Positions 11,301 through 17,975 of a stretch of 20,000 bases of DNA are shown piece after piece (the stretch's first letter is position 1; the number at the start of each line of letters is the position of its first letter). Source of the DNA: Plasmodiophora brassicae (Eukaryota); contig CP145422.1 in NCBI GenBank assembly GCA_036867785.1, positions 1,107,680 through 1,127,679 of the forward strand. The letters are read 5' to 3'. Below the pieces are notes generated by a model, which did not search any database, had not been told where the DNA came from, and saw only the letters and a program-made list of their open reading frames with translations. Both the position numbers and the translations under genes were made by a program.

Positions 11301-11411
11301 GCGCAAAGCGTCCTCCGATACAGTCACATCAAAGGACATCGCAGACGGATGGATGACTGGACGCGGCGGCGCACGTGACCACCCAGCAGAAGCTGAACAC
11401 TGTAGCGCCAA
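8325..11411 (-). CDS. Large protein with VIT-like N-terminus, vWA domain, Pro/Ser-rich linker and ZZ-type zinc finger
   Basis: 1028-codon open frame. VIT-like FDVTVSEDALRVTLTLDFTNP; vWA MIDAS DSSGS, LRPNGGTDF, DTDGG, VTGFG; ZZ finger CDVC..RYHCFDCDDFDECELC..H...H. First in-frame ATG is at 11339; a CTACAG acceptor at 11400 suggests unresolved upstream exons (11457-12170). Confidence 0.8.
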   Translation of the reverse strand: MALQCSASAGWSRAPPRPVIHPSAMSFDVTVSEDALRVTLTLDFTNPHPGESMSVRLRLARTRISSHDKSLLNLISTALHEWDETTQSWIDIPTSIAYTAQAQAVVDAVRQSGTNQTAGIATAAVDDDITVEIGPVAHKGRVTLRLSALNPVLYDMMGSRPDGSDLGTGRLLPFALFLPWAPVYDGSGNTLLSVSLRLPSSAELLPVSTHSRAYHHLKSQFPTNYCMLAASPISERGYRWACLPPQPTFLVAWLAIPNPKADRLLQTSVNDSLSTQCTILAPNNDLDRERVTVSVPGRLMRVRIHTPTSLSSRRSPALLLHLTMSDSSGSTGLVWSQTGTVRDCFNKMARTRIEKRLGAIKTLLNAGLIDGNDIWAELVIAFDHTLLGHRLVSFRVKDAPESLHQSSFTNDATRQALDSVNELFAWLSGLRPNGGTDFVVPVRGAKQLARPLLAKAAGESLNLKTFIDFDTDGGHNGPVDAVLDDLEVVCRELQVCGGVVTGFGAWVSQDTASRVARVLGPCPALLSMQVDEPGLDRIFRIEFAAWVAALRRQPIDITVSGVQVLAAQAGNRLQFDKPDVVTDVNSVGAKIVGADVDQDLMLYVVSRLPDFEEVSRRIRVVINGNIDDRTNVRVADETLSGADLAYEWMSAMTDSKYVVWNGSVAVQRMRDRIEDDVSFAFNVPAPSGSTSYLGRAQTTIPHEPIDMEHAAPDPQPCLVRPPNPHLVPAVAQAHGFFGSPNPASLPIRNVPCAPSAPARPGCGSQTVGPVPVYFGSPAPSAAAPPVPPSSLFGGSSTRAASSASSAFSMGGPPPSFPGRWAPVRLESPISWADVVERSNGLCRTSKPTTTPSALDALHHSISRLQGVSVQFSCDVCRKDLGFSSTRYHCFDCDDFDECELCQGAHKRMHPLHRIHIVNPTSKPSDPVVDLILGMPSAAPGPPPPADRALMIHRANLLRLLQCMVTWWPLVRVQIGAGTFPETLDTTFIGKLEAVIQQPTDMALIDTAATVLDTIRRHITATPSAMVKE

Positions 11412-12237
11412 AGCGTTCAGATTGGCTCTGACGACTCCTGCACATCGCTGTCAGTTCTACCGACGGAAGACGGATTCCGGATCACCATTGGGCGGTGTTG
11501 TGTCGTCCCCTGGCCCAGGTGCCAGCTGCGCCGAACTGATCGCCTCCTCTTCGCTGGGAGCAACCATGCCGCGGACGCTCCCATCGGCGCCGATCGTGTA
11601 GCAGCCGGTGACCGCATCCGAATGCCGGTCGCGAAACCACTGCATCTGCTTCGCGCCACGAAACTTGATGGCGGCGTTCTTCAGGCCCTCCCGTCGCACT
11701 CAGGTTTCCGTTGACAGAAAGAATTTTGCTTCAATCACGCCGGAGGCCGCTCTGAATGGAGAAGATCCCAGACATAAGCCTGTCGTCTTGCGAATCGCCC
11801 CAAGCGCCGTAACGCCAGCAGAGTGTTGCGTGAATCCGTCGCGCACGGCAACGACGTAAGCGGATGATGAGTAGACCGTGCTGACAGGTGTACGCGCGCC
11901 TGGTCTCCCTTACAAGGGGTTGTTGCGAGATCGAGCCACAGTTAGCTAAGAAGACGTTGGAAGGAGCATTAAAAATTAGAGGCAGCGGGACAGTTTTCAT
12001 CGACATAGATGCTACTGTTCTTCTCGTATTGCGAAGATGTAGCACAAATTGGTTAGGTGTGCTCGTGCCATATATAAAGTCAGGAAAACCCGTTCGGGGA
12101 TGCTGAAAGACGAGCGGGATGGTATCCTTGCCTTCAACATGCACGCTGGCTTCGTTCGCCGTTAGCAAGTTTGGCCAACAACGGGTTCATGATGTTTGAA
12201 CCAGGCCACATTGCCAGCATCATGCTTCGTTGCGCCA

Positions 12238-12500
12238 CTATCGATCTCGAAGCGGCAGCAGGTAGTGCTTCGAGCAGACGCCGTCCTCCATGCAGGGCGA
12301 ATCGGGGTTATCCGCCCCGCAAGTGCCGTGCATCATGTGCGACTTGACCAAGTCGTATAGAAGTGGCTGCCGGTCTGGGTCAGGGATTTCCGCGCACACC
12401 AACGAATCGACCAGGCCGACGTCATCGGTCCTCATCTCGAGCCAGATCACGATGTTTGCAAGCGCAGCCCGGTTCGTTGCATAACCGAGACCAGTTTACA
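12238..12500 (-). mobile_element. Degenerate Helitron Rep (RepHel) fragment
   Basis: VIWL...VDSLVCAEIPDPDRQPLLYDLVKSHMMHGTCGADNPDSPCMEDGVCSKHY matches the conserved Helitron Rep segment (AEIPD..LY..V...M.HGPCG..NP.SPCM..G.C.K.YP). The upstream QRTGL/LANIVIW looks like a frameshifted, decayed EFQKRGLPHAHILIW HUH motif. Confidence 0.85.
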
Positions 12501-12701
12501 CCTGTCAGTACGGTCTACTCATCGCTGTGCTTATCGACAATATCCAATTCCATCTGTCATCCTAAGGTGATCAGGTGAAGGAAACAGTTTCGCCGATCGG
12601 GTCTGTAGTCGTAAACATCCGGAATTACGCTATCCAGAGCATGAAACGCAATTCGGAGGAGAGGCGACTTGGCCTTGTTTAGTATCCGCGGCGCGTCTGT
12701 T

Positions 12702-13398
12702 TCAGGGAGATGTCTTCTTGCTGGCCGCTCGTATCCAGAACTGTAGGTCCAGCTGCTTGGAGAATTCCTCTTTGCAGTTGTCGCAGCCGCCACCGCAATT
12801 GACGACCTTCTTTAGGTCGTACAGCGATTTCATGATCGTGTATCCGTCATTTGTTAGGATCTTCTTCGTGTCGCGATCAAACACGAAGAAGGCGGGAAAT
12901 TCTGCCAAAGTTTAGTGCCAGACGGTCGTTCGAATGCCCAAGCTATTACCGATGCAGTGGTCCTTGAGCATCTTGCGGACGGCGGCCAGGTCGGCCTCCG
13001 TCTTGGGGATGTAGTTCAGGTTGAAGAACTTCTTATCCCGCATGAATTTTGCAAACCCTTCGTTGTCGAACGGAATCTCGTTGAACGAATGGTTTTGGAT
13101 GACCAGCGAAATTTGAGACGCGTTGTACTCCTGGATACGGCTCAGATTCGGCGATCTGGAACATTGAAATTATTTGTCAGGCGACCGGTTGTAGATCCGA
13201 GCGCACTTACATCATGCCGCAGTACTGACACCACCCCATCGACGTGAACACGATGACGACCTTGGACAGATCTTCGCGCTTGCATCTCTGTTGATCCTTG
13301 TTCAGCAGACCGGACCAGTCAAACGAATCCATGCTGAGCTGCGGATGGTTCAACTCGTGGCACCTGGACCCGTCGCATCGATAGTTGTCGTTGGACAT
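12702..13398 (-). CDS. Thioredoxin-fold oxidoreductase (nucleoredoxin/tryparedoxin-like), WCQYC active site, about 197 aa
   Basis: Exons 13398-13211, 13155-12950, 12901-12702 (introns of 55 and 48 nt, GTAAGT/GTAATA..CAG) total 594 nt in frame: KVVIVFTSMGWCQYCGMISPNLSRIQE...KMLKDHCIEFPAFFVFDRDTKKILTNDG (cis-Pro loop and the typical IxxDG tail). Start codon uncertain. Confidence 0.8.
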
Positions 13399-13948
13399 TA
13401 TCGAGTTGGTTGGATGGGATTTTCGCGATATGACCTTGCGGCACGCGAACGTATCTTCGCTGAGTTTACCCTCCAGACAGGTGACAGCCCGTAACTCCGT
13501 GGTGGGCGTCGTCAGCGCGGCAGACGACCCAACGACGCTGCCGGCAACGCCGCCTACTGCGACATCGTACACTGCTGCCCGGTCGGCACCGTACGGCACA
13601 AGTCGTCCAGGCCCAGATGCGCCTGCCTGCCCTGTCCGCTCGTGACGTCGCCGCCGAACAGAGGCACCGTGTTCATCCAGAGTACCAGTACTCAGATGAT
13701 GCTGCTCAGATGCTGCTGCCACCCGGTCACATGATCATGACCGTACTCGACCCCGCAGCGGCCCTTGCTGTGACGATCCTGTCCAAATACATCAGTTCGT
13801 TATATCACCAGGCGCCGACTCTTGCGACCGACCGCCCCCGTAGTGGGCAGCGGCGGCGTTAGCACAGAAGCTTCTTGCGCAAAGAGCCCCAAGCAAACGA
13901 ACTCACTTAATGGCAGGAGGTGGCCGCAGAGCGCCCGTTCGTCTACAG

Positions 13949-14131
13949 ATGGAGGACGACGCCAGGACCAACTCCGACGCCGAGGCCAAGGAGCATGAAT
14001 CGTCGACAGATGACGAAATCGATCGAGGGCTTCAGTCAACAAACCTGCACGGTAAGAGCCCGATCTTTATGCCTTTGAGGGGTTTTAGGAACTTCTATTT
14101 GTATTTGTCAGATACAGCTAAAGCGTCGTGA
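13949..14131 (+). pseudogene. Possible remnant of a host gene interrupted at the retrotransposon 3' junction
   Basis: Acidic coding-like stretch MEDDARTNSDAEAKEHESSTDDEIDRGLQSTNLH, a strong donor GTAAGA at 14052, an acceptor TTTGTCAG at 14111 (60-nt intron), then only DTAKAS-stop before the element's 3' region. Confidence 0.35.
14074..14089 (+). repeat. Short interstitial telomere-like remnant TTTGAGGGGTTTTAGG
   Basis: About two degenerate TTTTAGGG units on the same strand as the terminal telomere, about 110 nt beyond the ORF2 stop. Confidence 0.45.
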
Positions 14132-14191
14132 GCTCGGCGGGAACGGACGTGAATAGGACAGGCTTGACTCGAGTGACAGGATCGGCGGAGT

Positions 14192-14226
14192 GCGCAGCGT
14201 TCACGGCGGGCGCCATGAACGCGCGC
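14192..14226 (-). promoter_or_regulatory. Predicted RNA stem-loop spanning the ORF2 stop codon
   Basis: Sense RNA GCGC-GCGUUCAUGGC-GCCC-GCCGUGAACGC-U-GCGC: an 11-bp stem with one U-G wobble plus 4 bp after a single-U bulge. Confidence 0.55.
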
Positions 14227-17200
14227 GGCGCTCTATGTCGGCCGCACTGTGCCCGTCCAGTGGCGACTGGACACGGCCGGACGACGATGCAGGCGACGGC
14301 GCGTCGGGGCGCAGCGGCACACGAGCTTCATGCTGGGGTCCAGCGTCGGCTTCCGCCGGTCGCCCGGTCGCGTTGGCAATACATCTCATCACGATGGCCG
14401 TCATTATCGCCGTCGGCGAGAGATGGTGGGCGCGTCGACGAACTCGGGCATCGGCATCGATCTCTGGGCCGGCTATGTCCGCACCGCCCAGGAACCCGAC
14501 CAGTGCAGGGTCGTCGAGGACATGTTCGGCGACTTCAACGGCGACTCGCGCGTTCTCGTTGTCCTCATCGTCGCTGATCTCGTTCCATAGCGTCGCGTCC
14601 AGGCCAGCAAGCGCAGCGACGCCCTGAGCGGAGATGGCGAGCGACTCGCCGCGGATGCAGCGGGCGGCAACGGCGCGGATGAACGTGCCCAGGACGGCCA
14701 GCCAGCGTCGCTGGCGATCGCTCAGCCGAAACGTCGGGTCGCGCGGATCCGGCATGCGGCGCGGTCGTAGACGGTCGTCTTCTCTGGCGGGCGGCGCCGT
14801 CAGGCGTGCGTAATCGTTGAGCTGGATGGCGACGTAGTCGATGGCGACGCCCGTGTCCGCCCTGTTGAAGTGCAAGGCATGGATGCGCCAGTCGATGATT
14901 GGCCTGAGCAGGCGCGACGATTCAGTGCAACGGGCAGCAATGTGATACCTCGAGAGGTTCTTGTCGTTGCACGCCCGGCACTGGGCGTTCGAGCCCGGTA
15001 TGCGGTTCGTGACCCATGAAGCCACCGCATATGCGTCGTCGCCCGAGTGGTACGCCGCCGGAAACGGGAGGTTATACGGCTGCAGCTGCAGGCGCATCAG
15101 CTTGCAGGACGCATCAGCGGCAGCCCACGTGTGGAGCTCGAGCGCTTGCAGCAGGGCGTCTTGCCGATCGGGCAGGCGTGGGCGCTTCCGCGTCGGGCGG
15201 CCGGCTTCGGCGTCGGCGAGTTCTTCACGGGCGCGTTGCTCGCGGGCGTCACGACCGTTCCTGTAGATGGCGGTTGCGTCCGCGTAGACCTTGCAGCCCT
15301 TCAGCATCATGTTGAATCGGCTGCGCGGGTTGCTGAGCGCCCAGCGCGTGACGCGGACCAGGAACGGGACGCGATCGCCATCCTTGATCTGCTCCGACCA
15401 CGTGATCTGCTTGAACGCGAACCGGGCGCGCAGCTTGGCCTGGCGGGCAGCGGCGGGCACGAGTCCCGCGTACCGGAGCATCAGGGACGAGCCGATGCGG
15501 CGGCGGTATCCACCGAAGAACAGGGCGGCGGCCGACTTCTGCAGCTGGTCGAGCTTCTTCAGTAGGCCGACGTGGCTGTTGCTGATGGCGAGTCCGTACT
15601 CGGCGCGCGAACGGATCCAGGCGCCGACGACGCGCGTCTTCCGGACGATCGACAGGTGCTTCGTGCTGAACACGCCCGAGTGCATGATCCCGATCATGGC
15701 CTTCTCGGCTTTGGCTGTCCGCGAGGCGAGCTGGGCTCGATGATCGAGGCGACCATCCTTCATGACGACGCCCAGGAAGCACACCGGCTTGTCGAGCTCG
15801 TGCTCCTCGACGACGCGGTTGCCGCCGATGGTCAGGGCTGCCGGCTGCGCGGCGGTCGACGTCCTCGGCCTGGAGACGATCGATTTCGTCGCGTTCCACT
15901 CGAGTTCGTGCCGCTGCGCGTACTCCTGACAGAGGTCCATCATGGCCTGGGCCATCTGGTCGGTGAAGGCGTGCAGCAGGGTGTCGTCGGCGTAGAACTG
16001 GCAGGGCACCGGCATGTGGTCGAACATCGGGGCCTCGTCGCCGAACCGCGACACGATCAGGTACGGCAGGTCGTCGATCAGGACGTTGAATAAGTCAGGG
16101 GAGCCAATCGCGCCCTGGAATAGGCCGACGAGCGCGGCGATCCGCTCGGACAGCTGCCCGTCCAGAGCAATGATGAAATGGCAGCCGTCAAACAAGGCCT
16201 GCAGAACGGCGATGATATGTGCAGGTACGCCTCGTCTGCGTAGCTTTGAGTAGACATGAATGCGGCGGGCGCTATCATACGCCTTCCTCATGTCGAGGAG
16301 GACCTCGATCAGCGGCTTGCGTCGTGCCGCCCAGTGGGTGGTCAGCTCGTCGGCCACCCACACGGCTTCGGGGACACCGATGCCTCGCCGAAATCCAAAC
16401 TGGAGGAAGTGCATCTGCAGCCACCCCTTCAGGTGCATGTACGTGATCAGACACGTCTCATATGCCTTCCGGAGGTGGGACTGCAGCGCAATGCCTCGCC
16501 AGTTCGACGGGTCGGCGGGTTCGGTGTTCCGTTTGTGCACGGGCACAACGAGCGCCGACCGCCAGTCAGACGGCACGAGCTGCACAGTGTACAAGCAGGT
16601 GAGCATGCAGGATATCCAGGGGCCGGCGGCATCCGGGTCACACTTCAGGAGGTCCATCGGTATGTTGTCCGGGCCGACCCCCTTCATCCACTCATGCCGT
16701 TTGATGATGGCGGTGACGACAGCGGGGCCGAACGCATGGCGCTCCTCGTCGTCCAGGTCGTTGGAGAGGCGCGGGGAACGCAGGCGCGGGCCGTCGTCCA
16801 CGCCCGGCTTCTCGAAGACCGCTTTCCAATGGTCGGCGAATTCCTCGATGGACGGGCGCTGGCTGGGCTGCAGCTGCGACGTGGCCGCAAAGACGCGTCG
16901 CATCGAACTGAGGTAGAAGCGCAGGTCGCAGCGCTGCAGCGCCTGCCAGTCGGGACGCATCGTTGCCGTGCGACCTCGCTTGGACCGGGAGCTGGGCCAG
17001 CAGGCGATGTCCTCGAGAACGGCGCGAAGGACGTCAGTGGTGTGGCGGTACAGGCTGTCGACGGCGTCCTGCAGGGCTGCGGTAGGGTGGTCAGCGATCT
17101 CGTCGAAATCACTGGTGGCATCCAGCCACAGGGCACGTAGATAGTTGTAGGCCGGGGCCAGCAGGACCGACAGGGCTGGGCGATCGTCCGGGTCAGCGAA

Positions 17201-17965
17201 CATCCTGCGCGCCCAGGAGTAGCGCTTCGGGTCAACGCGTTCCGGCACGACGTGATCGCTCGCGACAACCAGCATGCGATGCGCCGTGCTGATCGGTGCG
17301 TCGACCACGCTGAGGCGCGCAGAGTCGAGACCGCGGGTCAAGGCGAGATCGACGACGGAGCGTCCGTTGCCGTTGGGCACCACGAATGTCCAGCGACTGG
17401 GATCGCCGCGGAGTGCATAGTTCAAGAGTGACAGTGAGCACCGGCCGATCAGCTCCATGACGTGAGGCTTCCGCGGGCAGGACGTGCTGTCGCCGGAGAC
17501 GTCGCCGAGGCGAGCGTTAAAGTCGCCGACAATGGCGAGACGGTCCCCGTCCGAGCAGTGCGTCGCAATGGCGTTGGCGAGGCCGAACAGCGTCATCTGG
17601 TACGTGTCGACAGGCAGTGACCTGGCCGGGCGGATGTACACGCCGGCGACGACAAGGTCCTCGCCAACGCGCCAAACCGCCCACCTTGGAGTGATGCACT
17701 TGCGCTCGCGGGCGACCTCCCGCAGCGCCACAGCGGCCGGGACCATGATGCTGATGCCACCATGGCCCCTAAGTTCGTTGGCGGATCGCCCGCCAGCGAC
17801 ATGTCGAATTTGGTAATCTGTGAGAACATTGGTTAGTAGCGATTCAGAACGTACATAGGTTTCCACAAAGACCGCCGCCGTGAGGCGACGATCTCTGAAG
17901 AAGGCGGCCGTGGCCTGGAGCTTGGCAGCGTCCAGGCCATCGGAATTCCACGCAGCGATCAGCAT
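14201..17965 (-). CDS. LINE ORF2: AP-like endonuclease, reverse transcriptase, CCHC zinc knuckle
   Basis: APE motifs AWNSDGL, FVETY, GGISI, GVYIRP, IVGDFNAR, WTF..RSVVDLAL, TAHRML. RT motifs KGVGPDNIP, VPVHKR, NWRGIAL, QFGFRRG, LDMRKAYDS, GLFQGAIGSPDLFN, FYADD (YADD at 15983-15994), NATKS, FLGV. C-x2-C-x8-H-x4-C at 14927-14980. Confidence 0.97.
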   Translation of the reverse strand: MLIAAWNSDGLDAAKLQATAAFFRDRRLTAAVFVETYVRSESLLTNVLTDYQIRHVAGGRSANELRGHGGISIMVPAAVALREVARERKCITPRWAVWRVGEDLVVAGVYIRPARSLPVDTYQMTLFGLANAIATHCSDGDRLAIVGDFNARLGDVSGDSTSCPRKPHVMELIGRCSLSLLNYALRGDPSRWTFVVPNGNGRSVVDLALTRGLDSARLSVVDAPISTAHRMLVVASDHVVPERVDPKRYSWARRMFADPDDRPALSVLLAPAYNYLRALWLDATSDFDEIADHPTAALQDAVDSLYRHTTDVLRAVLEDIACWPSSRSKRGRTATMRPDWQALQRCDLRFYLSSMRRVFAATSQLQPSQRPSIEEFADHWKAVFEKPGVDDGPRLRSPRLSNDLDDEERHAFGPAVVTAIIKRHEWMKGVGPDNIPMDLLKCDPDAAGPWISCMLTCLYTVQLVPSDWRSALVVPVHKRNTEPADPSNWRGIALQSHLRKAYETCLITYMHLKGWLQMHFLQFGFRRGIGVPEAVWVADELTTHWAARRKPLIEVLLDMRKAYDSARRIHVYSKLRRRGVPAHIIAVLQALFDGCHFIIALDGQLSERIAALVGLFQGAIGSPDLFNVLIDDLPYLIVSRFGDEAPMFDHMPVPCQFYADDTLLHAFTDQMAQAMMDLCQEYAQRHELEWNATKSIVSRPRTSTAAQPAALTIGGNRVVEEHELDKPVCFLGVVMKDGRLDHRAQLASRTAKAEKAMIGIMHSGVFSTKHLSIVRKTRVVGAWIRSRAEYGLAISNSHVGLLKKLDQLQKSAAALFFGGYRRRIGSSLMLRYAGLVPAAARQAKLRARFAFKQITWSEQIKDGDRVPFLVRVTRWALSNPRSRFNMMLKGCKVYADATAIYRNGRDAREQRAREELADAEAGRPTRKRPRLPDRQDALLQALELHTWAAADASCKLMRLQLQPYNLPFPAAYHSGDDAYAVASWVTNRIPGSNAQCRACNDKNLSRYHIAARCTESSRLLRPIIDWRIHALHFNRADTGVAIDYVAIQLNDYARLTAPPAREDDRLRPRRMPDPRDPTFRLSDRQRRWLAVLGTFIRAVAARCIRGESLAISAQGVAALAGLDATLWNEISDDEDNENARVAVEVAEHVLDDPALVGFLGGADIAGPEIDADARVRRRAHHLSPTAIMTAIVMRCIANATGRPAEADAGPQHEARVPLRPDAPSPASSSGRVQSPLDGHSAADIERRARSWRPP

Positions 17966-17975
17966 CGCTGCGTGG
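17948..17975 (-). promoter_or_regulatory. Perfect 12-bp hairpin at the ORF1/ORF2 junction (candidate translational-coupling element)
   Basis: Sense strand CCACGCAGCGAT-GCTG-ATCGCTGCGTGG. The ORF2 ATG (17965-17963) and ORF1 TGA (17961-17959) straddle the 4-nt loop. Confidence 0.7.

Noticed and set aside
14201-17965. ORF2 as telomerase (TERT), a Penelope-like element or an RLE-type (MoTeR/R2) element
   Set aside because: The N-terminal APE domain and non-LTR RT domains 0 and 2a are present. No TERT T/CP motifs or GIY-YIG, and no clear PD..D restriction-like nuclease after the CCHC.
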